Made by a program: the position numbers and the translations under genes. From positions 1 through 64,000 of IMG/VR virus record IMGVR_UViG_3300032285_001268: 64,000 nt of DNA. The stretch is one strand, 5' to 3'. Below, piece by piece: positions 46,069 to 56,335 of the stretch. Origin of the DNA: a virus. The stretch's first letter is position 1. Each line of letters opens with the position of its first letter. Under the pieces are notes generated by a model. The model had not been told where the DNA came from. It did not search any database and saw nothing but the letters and a program-made list of their open reading frames with translations.

Positions 46069-46178
46069 TTGTAGATAAATGGATCACGTTTGCGTAGCTC
46101 TTCAAGTCTACGTTTCATGTCTTTGCGTTCTTTATACCAACGCATCGGCCATAAGATAAAATCAATTATTTTTTTCAT
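46065..46178 (-). CDS. 37-aa peptide
   Basis: Found by hand: MKKIIDFILWPMRWYKERKDMKRRLEELRKRDPFIYK, overlapping both neighbours. Confidence 0.5.
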   Translation of the reverse strand: MKKIIDFILWPMRWYKERKDMKRRLEELRKRDPFIYK

Positions 46179-47151
46179 ATTCTTTAAACCAAGTTTTGGC
46201 CCTTAATCTAATTTTTAATTCATTGCTTTCTCGGCTAGATGCAATAAGATATAAAGTTGCTAGTCTACCAAGTTTCATTACAGCATCGTTAACGTCTTTA
46301 ACACCTTCAGGCCAATTGGGCATACTGACTGACCACCCATATTCAATTGCCTGTTCTACAGTCCTAGGACCTTCATGATCTTTATCTGGGACTAAGACAA
46401 TTTCTTTGCCTAGCTGTTTTAACTGCCAGTTTTGACTGTCCTTAATCTCAGCACCCAACAGAGCACAAGCATCTATACTTATTGCGTCAAATGGGCCTTC
46501 ACAAACAATCGTGAACTCTCTATCATCATGCTGACTATCTATGTTAAACAAGTATCCTGGCTGTTGCTCACTGATATATTTAGGTTTAGCGTCACCTATG
46601 GCACGGGCAGTATATCCCACAACAATATTGTCTTTGTAAAATGGAATAATAACCCTATTGCTAAACCCTACTTTAGGAGTCCAGTAAAACGGATAGTCGT
46701 CTAAGTATAAATTTCTATTGGCAAGATACTCTAACACTGGAGCAAGTTTATCAATCAACGATGACGATTTATTTGTCCACTCAGTTATTGGTTCACTGTC
46801 TATTGGTAAAGTTCTAGATTCAAATTTAGGAATGATTGTACGAACTTCTGCGCTATTGCTATCATCTAATCGTAGAGCTTCAAGGCGTAACTGTCCAATA
46901 ACATCATCGGGGATATTTAAATCCCGCATGAACTTGCTCATGTTCTTGCTGATATGTCTGCCTGGTTGCCAACTGCATTTGAATCCACAGTTAAAGCAAT
47001 GATAACTTACAGCATCTCCGCCGTTGATAATAAAGCCGCCACGCTGGCGTTTGTCTTGACAACAGACAGCATTAAAACTTATCCAACCACTTGGAGTTTG
47101 TTTTCGCTTTGCAGGCAGATATGCTGTTAGAGTGTCAGATATTAGGCTCAT
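46162..47151 (-). CDS. gp61: DNA primase (T4 gp61-like)
   Basis: Zn finger CC...YHCFNC, RVIIPF, KY, TOPRIM EGPFD and PDKD. Confidence 0.9.
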   Translation of the reverse strand: MSLISDTLTAYLPAKRKQTPSGWISFNAVCCQDKRQRGGFIINGGDAVSYHCFNCGFKCSWQPGRHISKNMSKFMRDLNIPDDVIGQLRLEALRLDDSNSAEVRTIIPKFESRTLPIDSEPITEWTNKSSSLIDKLAPVLEYLANRNLYLDDYPFYWTPKVGFSNRVIIPFYKDNIVVGYTARAIGDAKPKYISEQQPGYLFNIDSQHDDREFTIVCEGPFDAISIDACALLGAEIKDSQNWQLKQLGKEIVLVPDKDHEGPRTVEQAIEYGWSVSMPNWPEGVKDVNDAVMKLGRLATLYLIASSRESNELKIRLRAKTWFKEYEKNN

Positions 47152-47162
47152 GCCTAATTATA

Positions 47163-48047
47163 CTAGGAAACAGTTATAAGATCAACCTTTCCGGGCCCAT
47201 TGTCTGTACTGTATCCACTGTAGATAGTTGTAAAGCCATATTGAGCACTAGTAGGACCTGGCCAATGCCAAGTTACTCGGAAGTAGTTGGCAGTACCAAC
47301 TGATTGAGTTACTGTTATAGTCTGAGCAAGTGATGTTGGTACGCCACCGCTTTCGTTTGAAAAGATCTGAGTTGATGTTGCTTTTTGTGGTTGCCAACTA
47401 GATTGGCTAATAGTCATGTCCGGTGTAGATTCTATGATAACCGTTCCTAAAAATCCGCTAGTAATATGTACAGCGAATGTCAGTGAAGTAGTTGCTTCAG
47501 CTTCATAGAATTTTGCAGGGATGGCGCTGGAATGATGCAGGACATTTCCAGATAAATCTATTTCACCTACAAAGTCTTTATATGTTCTAGGTGCTCGTGT
47601 TGTAGGAACAGCACTACCTACTAGATCTATTTTACCCAATGCACCAAATCTGCTGTCTGCATACAATGGCACTGTTGCACTGCCTTTAGTAGCAGTTACA
47701 GAGAAGTTTAAAAACTGTTGGTTAAGACTGGCTAAGTCTGCCGCAGGAATAGTAACAGATGCAATGCCTTTTACAGTACCCGATGGAGTTAATGTATAGG
47801 GAGTGTTACCAACAGCGTTGCCACTTTCATCCATGATGTTGAGATGTAAGTTGGTAATGTCGGGGCTAGTTACTAGCTCTAAGCGTTTTTGATCAGCGTT
47901 CTTAATGTCAAATTCTAAGACATTATCAACACCTTTATATAGTCGAACTGTTCTCTGATACACGTTTGTATACTCCGTAGTAAATCCTGCCAAATCGGCT
48001 AATAGTTGGATTCTATTAGGATATAAATAACTTGATATTTTTTGCAT
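47163..48047 (-). CDS. putative virion structural protein
   Basis: Beta-rich 294 aa; TAAATA upstream. Confidence 0.5.
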   Translation of the reverse strand: MQKISSYLYPNRIQLLADLAGFTTEYTNVYQRTVRLYKGVDNVLEFDIKNADQKRLELVTSPDITNLHLNIMDESGNAVGNTPYTLTPSGTVKGIASVTIPAADLASLNQQFLNFSVTATKGSATVPLYADSRFGALGKIDLVGSAVPTTRAPRTYKDFVGEIDLSGNVLHHSSAIPAKFYEAEATTSLTFAVHITSGFLGTVIIESTPDMTISQSSWQPQKATSTQIFSNESGGVPTSLAQTITVTQSVGTANYFRVTWHWPGPTSAQYGFTTIYSGYSTDNGPGKVDLITVS

Positions 48048-48070
48048 CTGGCAAACCTTTAATAGTATTT

Positions 48071-48445
48071 ATGGCAAAATTACGAGACACTGTAGAACAA
48101 AACTTACCTTATATTAGCGTTATTAACTACGGCGAAGAAGAGTATATCGGGATTATAATTAATCAAGATCAATACGTTCTTAGCTTTTACGACCTAAATG
48201 CTATCCGCACCCCTGAAGAAAAATCTGTATTTTTACAGATAGGCGAAACTTGGTGGTGGGAATCAAATCGCCAGTTTCCTATCAACATATTCTGTAGGGA
48301 TCAAATACAGCCCTTTGGATATGCTATTAAAACATTCAACAGCAAAGATACTCGAATAATACTAGGGCCAGTTGTAAATTTAATGAATCTTACAATCAAG
48401 CGAGTTAAACGCAAGAGTGTAAAACTAGTCCGCAGAGTTAGATAA
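48071..48445 (+). CDS. hypothetical phage protein
   Basis: ORF track; ATG 48071 (MAKLRD) preferred. Confidence 0.55.
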   Translation: MAKLRDTVEQNLPYISVINYGEEEYIGIIINQDQYVLSFYDLNAIRTPEEKSVFLQIGETWWWESNRQFPINIFCRDQIQPFGYAIKTFNSKDTRIILGPVVNLMNLTIKRVKRKSVKLVRRVR

Positions 48446-49003
48446 CTGTTCACAAATTAAGTTCATTTGTACAACAATTACGTGGGCATAGGCAATAGCG
48501 TGGGCCTTCTTAAAGTAGTACTCATCGTTCTCCGGCTTCGTCCAAATCTCCGTCATAATCGTAGTCCAATCTTTCCCAATCAGATAACGTTTGGCCGGGC
48601 GTATCATCGCTAGTACTGCGGCCAACTGCTCGATAGACTCTGGTTTTGCTTGTCTCAGAATAGACCCATGCCCATTCACATGAAACAGGTTCTGGGTAAA
48701 CTCGTCTTCCTGTAGTAGGTCCCATAGTGGCTCAGTCTCCATTAGTTTTTTTAGGTGATCACGATCTCGTACACCATCATATACACTAACATTCAAAAAA
48801 TCTATTTTGAAATAACCTCTATCTTCTGCTTCTTTGTAGTCTATTGTACTTATTCCTGTGAATGGATTATGCGGTATTGAAGTACAATATACACCAGTGT
48901 TGTGCTTTTTAAAAGTGCCATTTTCACTAATTGCAGCCGCAATAGGTTTAAACACCTCAAGTGCTCTAGTTCTATCTGCAAAGTCTATATCAATATCTGG
49001 CAT
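48425..49003 (-). CDS. truncated DNA polymerase III alpha (DnaE)-like protein
   Basis: MPDIDIDF, KHNTGV, GYFKIDFL, FKKAHAIAY in 192 aa. Confidence 0.8.
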   Translation of the reverse strand: MPDIDIDFADRTRALEVFKPIAAAISENGTFKKHNTGVYCTSIPHNPFTGISTIDYKEAEDRGYFKIDFLNVSVYDGVRDRDHLKKLMETEPLWDLLQEDEFTQNLFHVNGHGSILRQAKPESIEQLAAVLAMIRPAKRYLIGKDWTTIMTEIWTKPENDEYYFKKAHAIAYAHVIVVQMNLICEQLSNSAD

Positions 49004-49164
49004 TTAATAATCCGTATGTATCCACTCTTTAGGTTCGTCTTTGTTTGGATCATAAGGTTCCTTGGTAATAGGATTAACCAATCTCCAAATATCTGCACAG
49101 CGATTTTGTTCAGGTATTTCTTCTACAATAGTTCCGTCTTGTAGCAACCACGTGATAGGATTGT

Positions 49165-49857
49165 TCATAGATTCGACTCCTTGACCACTTGCTTGACTAG
49201 ATCAACATCTGCAGGAAGTTTTTTAAATTTATGTACCCAAAACTGTGGATCAATAATATTTCCAATTGCCGCAAGTTGCTCATCATTAAATTTCTGTAGC
49301 ATAGCTTTTCCTGACGGACAATTCAATATCACCCAAGGACTAACTTTTCCATCTTTGATATCGTAACTGGCCCTTGATAGACTAACATAGAGAAAATAAT
49401 GGTTCCATACGCTATTATTAGCCTCAGCCCACGACATCATATGTGAGATAGATCGTTGTAGTGCTGTTTCAACTGTTTCAGTTCTAATCAAATGTTGCAC
49501 ATACTGTTCGTAAAGTTCATCTCGGCACCAGTGGTCTAATTTAACTCCGCTGGTTACTACATAATCAATGAACGCATCAGGATATAAAGGGTTGACGTTA
49601 GAGACAAAAGAACCAAACTTAACAAAAGCATTATAATAAGGACTACGGGCAAAGTCTTCATAAGTTTTGTCACCTTTAGAATTTTGTGAAATTTTATAAA
49701 ATCTATTGTAAGTGTCGTAGCCTAATACAACATGTTTTTCAGTACGTGCTAGAGCTCTACGCTTTTGTTCGCATACGTGAACTGCCAATGTTTTTTCTTT
49801 GGAAAATTTATTTCCGCAATATTGACATGTATATGAACTTGGTGTTAGCGTCATCAT
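49165..49857 (-). CDS. C2H2-zinc-finger-containing protein, possibly helicase-loader-like
   Basis: CQYCGNKFSKEKTLAVHVC; context among replication genes. Confidence 0.5.
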   Translation of the reverse strand: MMTLTPSSYTCQYCGNKFSKEKTLAVHVCEQKRRALARTEKHVVLGYDTYNRFYKISQNSKGDKTYEDFARSPYYNAFVKFGSFVSNVNPLYPDAFIDYVVTSGVKLDHWCRDELYEQYVQHLIRTETVETALQRSISHMMSWAEANNSVWNHYFLYVSLSRASYDIKDGKVSPWVILNCPSGKAMLQKFNDEQLAAIGNIIDPQFWVHKFKKLPADVDLVKQVVKESNL

Positions 49858-50330
49858 TTCAATTTTTTAGCAATAGTAGGTTCATCAAATCCATGTAGTC
49901 TAGCAAGCTCTTTTAGTTCCTTATCTGTGCTAATTTCAGCAAGCATTTCTAATTCGTCACGCTTGCGTGTAGGATAAATTTCTTCTAAGAACTTTAGCTT
50001 TTTACTGCCGCCAGCTTTCTTTTTGTTGCCAATCCACTCGTGAAAGAACTTAGTTTTACCGTCATAACTGCACATACACAGTAGCAACCATAATAGTTTA
50101 GGATGCTTCTGTAGCGTGTTCCAGTGCTTGTTAAAGTATTCGTTTACTGTTAAAACAAAATGTTCTTGTTGGTCTTGGCTAGCACCTTTGGCACTACTGA
50201 TATATCGATTTAAAATATAGAATTCGCTCTTAAGACTTTTTTGTTGTTCGGCATCCATTGCGTCCCACAATTCTCGAACATTTTGATCTACTGCCTGTAT
50301 CTTTTCTTTTAATTCGATTTTTTCACTCAT
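49854..50330 (-). CDS. possible clamp-loader small subunit (gp62-like)
   Basis: YILNRYIS...FHEW.G.KKK...LKFLEEIYP..K..ELE.L pattern; size and context. Confidence 0.45.
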   Translation of the reverse strand: MSEKIELKEKIQAVDQNVRELWDAMDAEQQKSLKSEFYILNRYISSAKGASQDQQEHFVLTVNEYFNKHWNTLQKHPKLLWLLLCMCSYDGKTKFFHEWIGNKKKAGGSKKLKFLEEIYPTRKRDELEMLAEISTDKELKELARLHGFDEPTIAKKLK

Positions 50331-50659
50331 TGATCATCCTTAACCATACGATATATTATTATAACATTATCTATGGCTTTTTGCAAGGCCGGATTCTTCT
50401 TTCCGGCTAACCTAATTTTGATCCATTCGTTATGCGCTTCCAATTCTTTATTACCTGTAGTCCGTGGATCATAGGTCGGATCATTTTTATTGTAATCCCA
50501 ACCGACTACTTGCCTGGTACTAGGATTGGCACCGAATTCACGAGCATAAACTACGTTGTCTACACGCTCGTGTATGTAAGTGGCGCCGGGTTTAAGCGAT
50601 CCCATTTTGCACTGCCAATTGTTGGATTGTTTCTTCTTTGGGAACCAATCGAGCATCAA
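50327..50659 (-). CDS. hypothetical protein
   Basis: ORF track. Confidence 0.5.
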   Translation of the reverse strand: MMLDWFPKKKQSNNWQCKMGSLKPGATYIHERVDNVVYAREFGANPSTRQVVGWDYNKNDPTYDPRTTGNKELEAHNEWIKIRLAGKKNPALQKAIDNVIIIYRMVKDDQ

Positions 50660-51257
50660 AGGCTAAACTAGTCCTAAAACCAGTACCTTTCCACGGATAA
50701 ACTGTATGTGGCAAATAACTTGGAAAAATAATAATAGAGCCTGCGGCCGGAGAATATTTCCAAGTATCTTGCATGATAAATTTGCCAACATCTCTAGTCT
50801 GTGGCAGTCTGAATAAAATTTGACTGTCGCTGGGTTGGCTCTCAATATCAAGTTCCGGAGCACTAATATAGATGTTCCCGCTGATGTTTCCAGCAGGGTG
50901 ACTGTGCATTTCTTGATAGTCTCCAGGACCTTGTCTTATGGTCCAAATACTAGTTACGACTGGGTCGCATAAGGTAAGATCCTCTGCACCGCTTTGTTTA
51001 GTCACTAACTCCATATAGCCACGACACATGTTTTCTAACCATTTAACTAGCCATTCAACATTAAGGTCGATCTTATTAGGATAAACTTGTATCTGTTGGC
51101 CACCTCGGGCAGATATAAACGGATTGTCACTGTCGTCTTGATCAGTGTGATTATCGTGCAGATCTTGAACCATAGTATACATCTTACTAAATTCTACTGG
51201 CGGTATTTGATCTATTGCAACAATGATAGGGCAAAAATAAGCAACTTTTAATTCCAT
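50592..51257 (-). CDS. 2OG-Fe(II) oxygenase
   Basis: YQEMHSH, ISGNIYI, IFPSYLPHTVYP, RTSLAFD. Confidence 0.85.
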   Translation of the reverse strand: MELKVAYFCPIIVAIDQIPPVEFSKMYTMVQDLHDNHTDQDDSDNPFISARGGQQIQVYPNKIDLNVEWLVKWLENMCRGYMELVTKQSGAEDLTLCDPVVTSIWTIRQGPGDYQEMHSHPAGNISGNIYISAPELDIESQPSDSQILFRLPQTRDVGKFIMQDTWKYSPAAGSIIIFPSYLPHTVYPWKGTGFRTSLAFDARLVPKEETIQQLAVQNGIA

Positions 51258-51264
51258 GTTTTCC

Positions 51265-51771
51265 TCACAATAACTTATCTAATTGTATGATGTCGCTCTG
51301 TCGGCTGATTTCTTTTACAAAATATGCACAGTCTGGTTTTTCTCCTGGTTTAGTAGGAGTTGCCAACAGCTGGCCATTTTTCATCTTTGGAAAATACCAT
51401 TTAACATCATTATAGAAGTTTACAATTTCTATCTTTTTAAATTCTATTCTAAAACTACTTATAGGGTTAAAAATTAATGCTTCAAACCCGCGATCATTTA
51501 AACTAGTCAATGGAAGCACTTCAATGTCACACCCGCTTGAGCTATCACCTACTGCAATGCTCCAATCTAATGGCATGACTACTTCGTCTTCACCTATCCT
51601 TAAGACCATTGCCGGCGAGTTGAATGATTCTAAGAATATCAAAGGCATAAAAAAGAAATCAGGCTCAACTGGATTACTGTTATCTAGAACTGCGAATCTA
51701 GTATTTTCGTCTACCTCATCTGGTAAATTGTTCAAACTAAAAGTTTGATTATCTAATGTTAATATTTGCAT
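51265..51771 (-). CDS. hypothetical all-beta protein, weakly Hint-like
   Basis: ORF track; beta pattern only. Confidence 0.5.
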   Translation of the reverse strand: MQILTLDNQTFSLNNLPDEVDENTRFAVLDNSNPVEPDFFFMPLIFLESFNSPAMVLRIGEDEVVMPLDWSIAVGDSSSGCDIEVLPLTSLNDRGFEALIFNPISSFRIEFKKIEIVNFYNDVKWYFPKMKNGQLLATPTKPGEKPDCAYFVKEISRQSDIIQLDKLL

Positions 51772-51777
51772 AATTCC

Positions 51778-53244
51778 TTATTTAGACCAGTCTACTTTTT
51801 CTAATGTAAACGGGTACTTGGCTTCCTTGTAAAATTTCTTTCTCTCGGTAAGATGCCGCTTGGCATACTTACATGTGGACGTAAGGTCCCAGATTTGAAC
51901 GAAGTCTTTATCTTCTGCTTTTCTAATGCCTCGCCCAATACTCTGTATAACTCTGACAAAGCTCTTTCCGGGCTCCAAAAGAACCAGATTAAAAATCCTA
52001 GGGATATTAATACCAACAGCGGCCACACCGTAAGTCGCCACAATAATCTTGTTGTCACTAGTCTTAACTTCGTCATATTCTTCTTTCCTGTCTTTCGTTT
52101 TAACTTCGCCTGATATAAACACCGAGCCTTCTAATTCATTTACTAAAAATTTGCCTGAATCAATCCTATTAACTAGGACTAGTGTATTGCCTGTGTCTGA
52201 TATTTTTTTAATTAATTTTGAAATGTATAACATCCTGTCATCGTCAGTGACTAAGTATTTTAATTCATCGCTGTATGCCTTAAACTCTGGCAAGTCTATC
52301 ATCTGTACTACATTCACGTGACAATTTGATAGTACTCCCATTTGCTGTAATTCGTGAGCCTTAATGCCGCCAATCACTGGTCCAAGACTAATAAAAATCT
52401 GTTCAGATTCATATTTTTCCTTGGGAATTGTTCCAGTCAATCCCCAACGAATTGGCGCATTACATAAATTTTGAGTTAATAGATTCTTTAGTACATCTGC
52501 CTTGGCCATGTGTACTTCGTCAACAATTATAGTCTTAACTCCGTCTAAAAATTCAGCTAGTGTTACTATATCGTGTTCACTATTTTTTGATTTTTTGTCT
52601 AAAATATTAAGACTTTGCCACGTGCAGATTGTATGTGTTTTATTAAGATCTTTTCTATCACCGTAGTAAACACCAACATCTAAACCAACTGTGATAAAAT
52701 CTTCTTCTGTTTGTTCTACAAGGCTCTTATTGGGAACAATGGTAATAGTCCTGCCGTATTTTTCTGCCAACTGACTCAATGTAGCTGTTGTAATAGTTTT
52801 GCCAGCACCTGTTGCAATTTCTTGTAGACTTTGTGAATTATCGAGAAATCTATTAATAGCTTCTACTTGATAATCACGTAGCATGATAGGTTTGCCTTCA
52901 TCGACGTGTCCTTTTGGCCATACTTTACCTTGGTCGGCCCAGTAGGTTTCAGTTACAGGCTCGAACGAAATTTTTGGAGTATCTCGTTGATCATCAACTT
53001 CCTCAACTCCGATTCCCATACCAGCTAATACATTTAAAATAGTTTCTAATTGATAGAGATAGCCGTTACCACCTAGGCCAAATAAACTGACCATTCCGTC
53101 CCAACGTCCTAGTTTATATGCCGGTTGATATCTTGCGTATGGAATTTCATACTTAAATGTTGACACTAATTTCTTACGAGCATCTAATGGCAGATTCTCT
53201 AATTTAATGTTAACTTCGTCTCGGATCACTAATCTTACGGTCAT
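51778..53244 (-). CDS. uvsW: UvsW-like superfamily 2 DNA helicase
   Basis: LRDYQ, ATGAGKT, DEVH, GLTGT, ATYGVAAVGINIP, QSIGRGIR. Confidence 0.92.
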   Translation of the reverse strand: MTVRLVIRDEVNIKLENLPLDARKKLVSTFKYEIPYARYQPAYKLGRWDGMVSLFGLGGNGYLYQLETILNVLAGMGIGVEEVDDQRDTPKISFEPVTETYWADQGKVWPKGHVDEGKPIMLRDYQVEAINRFLDNSQSLQEIATGAGKTITTATLSQLAEKYGRTITIVPNKSLVEQTEEDFITVGLDVGVYYGDRKDLNKTHTICTWQSLNILDKKSKNSEHDIVTLAEFLDGVKTIIVDEVHMAKADVLKNLLTQNLCNAPIRWGLTGTIPKEKYESEQIFISLGPVIGGIKAHELQQMGVLSNCHVNVVQMIDLPEFKAYSDELKYLVTDDDRMLYISKLIKKISDTGNTLVLVNRIDSGKFLVNELEGSVFISGEVKTKDRKEEYDEVKTSDNKIIVATYGVAAVGINIPRIFNLVLLEPGKSFVRVIQSIGRGIRKAEDKDFVQIWDLTSTCKYAKRHLTERKKFYKEAKYPFTLEKVDWSK

Positions 53245-54440
53245 AATGTCTTGTACTCAATTAGCGTAGGTTTTTCTGAATATGTAATTACTAAATCGCA
53301 ACACTTGGAATATACTGCTGTTTTGTTGTGTCTTAGGTAACCATCAAAAAATATAACACTCATAGGTTTCCATGGATTTTTTAGGAAAAATTTCGGTAAT
53401 TTTCCACCTAAAATACAGGCTACTTTTAAGTGCTCATCTAAGGGTTTATTGTAATTTTCGTCTGCAATAGTGCTGTTAAAAATTTTGCCTTTTTCATTAT
53501 TAGGTAATCTAAAATAAACACCAACTGAATCGTCTACTGAATTTTCCTTCAAAGATTTTGACAAAATTTCCAGATTTTTTAAGGTTTTTTCTTCGTCCCA
53601 AACATCAAATACAAACAGTACCGGTAGTCTTTTTAGTTGTACAAGACTGTTTACAATTTCCGAAAGACCATGCTGAGTGTTATCGACCCAAATCCTAGGA
53701 GATCCTCGATTTGCCAGGTATTCAACTAGCGTCTCACCTGGATTTTTTGGAGTTTTTGTAAAATACTGATATCGTATACTTCTGTCAGATATGATATTTT
53801 GATCAATATGTGTTTCAATGCCAAGGTCAGCAGTAATACTTTTTTGAAAGTTTTGATGCTCAATGTTGGTCAGTAAAAATTGGTCAAAAAATTCGTCTTG
53901 AGACCAAGATTTTATGGTAGTGTAATAATCTTGTATTTCGTCTTCAATGACAAAATTAAAATTTTTCAAACTATCAATGATCGTGACAATATTTTTTTCG
54001 GTCAGGCTAGCACGGTATGTTTTGCCATTTGCAGTCTGGGTCAAATTTTCGATATTTTTGCTGATATCGGTTAAAATTTTCCTAATTTGACCATTATGTG
54101 TAAAATTGACCTCAATGCCCGGTTCATCGGTATTTTTATCAACTGTATAAATTTTTCTTATCTGCTCAATTTGCTTAAAATTCTTAGTCCAGCTGGGTAG
54201 TGATAAAATTTCTTCAATTTCATCAGAAAATATTTTCAGTTTTTTTTGATTTTCTCGTAAAATCTTGGTTACTAGTCGACTTTGATTTTCAGTTATAAAT
54301 GTAGGGCCAAGAATATACTTTACCATACTAGTGCAGGTTTCAAAATCCTTCTTTGAAAGATTTTTTTCAGCATAGCTATCTGGATAATTTACAATTTTTA
54401 CTATTAGTTCATCAACTGTTATCATATTACTAGTGTACAC
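53241..54440 (-). CDS. hypothetical protein
   Basis: 399-aa ORF coupled to uvsW. Confidence 0.6.
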   Translation of the reverse strand: MYTSNMITVDELIVKIVNYPDSYAEKNLSKKDFETCTSMVKYILGPTFITENQSRLVTKILRENQKKLKIFSDEIEEILSLPSWTKNFKQIEQIRKIYTVDKNTDEPGIEVNFTHNGQIRKILTDISKNIENLTQTANGKTYRASLTEKNIVTIIDSLKNFNFVIEDEIQDYYTTIKSWSQDEFFDQFLLTNIEHQNFQKSITADLGIETHIDQNIISDRSIRYQYFTKTPKNPGETLVEYLANRGSPRIWVDNTQHGLSEIVNSLVQLKRLPVLFVFDVWDEEKTLKNLEILSKSLKENSVDDSVGVYFRLPNNEKGKIFNSTIADENYNKPLDEHLKVACILGGKLPKFFLKNPWKPMSVIFFDGYLRHNKTAVYSKCCDLVITYSEKPTLIEYKTL

Positions 54441-54470
54441 TAACTTATTTTAAAAGTAAACCTTTTAGAC

Positions 54471-54503
54471 AAAAAAATAGGCCCTATAATATTTAAGGCC
54501 TAT
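54471..54503 (-). terminator. intrinsic terminator after uvsY
   Basis: ATAGGCC/GGCCTAT stem with T-tract on the minus strand. Confidence 0.55.
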
Positions 54504-54526
54504 TGTCTGCCAATTGGGCGAATTGA

Positions 54527-54979
54527 TTATAATGTTGCGTCTTCCATTCCAGCAACACGCAATTTGATAATATTTGAAAGTTGCCATTGTTTGACGTCTA
54601 AAGATTTAGTAATTCCAAGCCATTTGTTTCTAAGCAAGGCAAATTCATTGATAATTTTTTCCATATCAACAACATCAGCTTCACCCTCGACAAATTTTTC
54701 ACAATCTCTTGAACTTAGGGCACGTTGATAGTTTTCAAGATACTTTCTAAAGAAACCACTTTTCAATCTGCGTAGCTCTATGTTCAAATATTCCAAAATT
54801 GCTTCAATTTCTTGTAATTGACTAAACCGTTGTTCGACAACACCGGGCATAGCCGCAGATGCTTTTTCAATATTACCTACAACTTTTACTTCTTGGCGAG
54901 CTGTTGCCAGCTCTGCCTCAAAATATTGAATTGCATCAGGAATATATGAAATATCCTTGGCTATTTTAGCATACCACAT
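54527..54979 (-). CDS. uvsY: UvsY-like recombination mediator
   Basis: Helical 150 aa; FRKYLENY.RALSSRD.EKFVEGE.D...KQWQLSNIIKLRVAGMED; downstream of uvsX. Confidence 0.8.
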   Translation of the reverse strand: MWYAKIAKDISYIPDAIQYFEAELATARQEVKVVGNIEKASAAMPGVVEQRFSQLQEIEAILEYLNIELRRLKSGFFRKYLENYQRALSSRDCEKFVEGEADVVDMEKIINEFALLRNKWLGITKSLDVKQWQLSNIIKLRVAGMEDATL

Positions 54980-55230
54980 TAAAAATCCAATTCTTTATTG
55001 TAGTCTTCATCATCGTCGACCTCATCTTCTTCATCAAGATAGTATTCAATCGCCTGATCAAGAGTGTTGTCAACGCCCATTGCACTTTGTAAAGTTCTAT
55101 CGCTAACACCGAAGTCTGCTAACAGATCGATATAACGTTCTGCTACTACTTCTAGTTGTTTTTTGTCAATATACTCGACAAAGTTTAACCAAATATCACC
55201 AATTTGTGTTTCATTCAACATGTTCTTCAT
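54979..55230 (-). CDS. small acidic hypothetical protein
   Basis: ORF track. Confidence 0.6.
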   Translation of the reverse strand: MKNMLNETQIGDIWLNFVEYIDKKQLEVVAERYIDLLADFGVSDRTLQSAMGVDNTLDQAIEYYLDEEDEVDDDEDYNKELDF

Positions 55231-56269
55231 TCTCCTCGGGAACGGTAGTTGTATTAATAGTACTGATATCGAATTTCTTCATTATCATATCTAATTTATC
55301 ATCTTTCCATTCTTTTCGGTAGAATTTGAATTCCTCACCTGTCTCTGGATCAACCCACTTAAGACGATTACCTTCTTGTTTTAGCAGGCCTGCCTTTTCA
55401 AACATGTCTACTAGACCACTATAAGGATTCATACCTGTTTCGTACGGGATTTTTACCTGTAGTGTTTCAAAAGGTTTAGCATAACGTGTCTTCATGATCT
55501 TACATGCGGCACGGATACCATTTACTTCGGTGGTTTTATTACCATCTTCGTCTTCTTTCAACTTCAACTTCTTCATGGCAACCACGATAGAACTTGCGTA
55601 AACGAAGCCTTGTCCGCCTGAAATTTTATCGTCTGGATCAAACATATCTTGGCTAGCGTATGTGTGATTAGTAGCCACCAAGCCGACGTTATAATTACCA
55701 AACATGTTAACACAATTACGAACCAGCGCCGTAAGTGCTTTAGGTTTACGACCCATATCACCTTTTAAGTCTCCTGCTTCAAATTGATTGACATCGGTAG
55801 GGGTAAGCAACATACCCAAGCTGTCTATGACAAACAAGACTTTTGGACGCTCTTCCATGGCTTTGTATTCTTTCATGAATTCGTTGATAGTTTTAGCAAC
55901 ATCATCAATCATAGCCATATTGAGTTTGAGAAGTTTTTCTTCACTTGTATCTACACCAAGTGCATGTAACCATTTTTCGTCAAGTGCATTTTCACTGTCA
56001 ATTAAAATACAATAAATGCCTTGCTCTTGTGCGTTCTTGATAATGTTACCAGAACAAATATAACTTTTGCCAGCGCCTGATTCGCCAGCAAATACTGTAA
56101 CCTTACCCAAAGGAATACCTTTGTTAAAATCACCTGAGATTAGGTAGTTTAAGGCAAAATTGCCTGTGCTAACCCAATCAGTAGGATCGTTGAATCCTAC
56201 ACCAAGTCCATCAATTGACTTGGTCAAAGTCTTTCTAAACTTTGATAAATCGAAGGCTTTTGTAGCCAT
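55211..56269 (-). CDS. uvsX: RecA/UvsX recombinase
   Basis: GESGAGKS, IDSE, VIDSLG, NHTY, SGG.GF.Y, MKTR. Confidence 0.95.
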   Translation of the reverse strand: MATKAFDLSKFRKTLTKSIDGLGVGFNDPTDWVSTGNFALNYLISGDFNKGIPLGKVTVFAGESGAGKSYICSGNIIKNAQEQGIYCILIDSENALDEKWLHALGVDTSEEKLLKLNMAMIDDVAKTINEFMKEYKAMEERPKVLFVIDSLGMLLTPTDVNQFEAGDLKGDMGRKPKALTALVRNCVNMFGNYNVGLVATNHTYASQDMFDPDDKISGGQGFVYASSIVVAMKKLKLKEDEDGNKTTEVNGIRAACKIMKTRYAKPFETLQVKIPYETGMNPYSGLVDMFEKAGLLKQEGNRLKWVDPETGEEFKFYRKEWKDDKLDMIMKKFDISTINTTTVPEENEEHVE

Positions 56270-56335
56270 AGTTAATTCTCCTAATGATGATAACCTGGGC
56301 GTACGACTAAGTCGCAGAGGCCCAAGCCGTATTTT

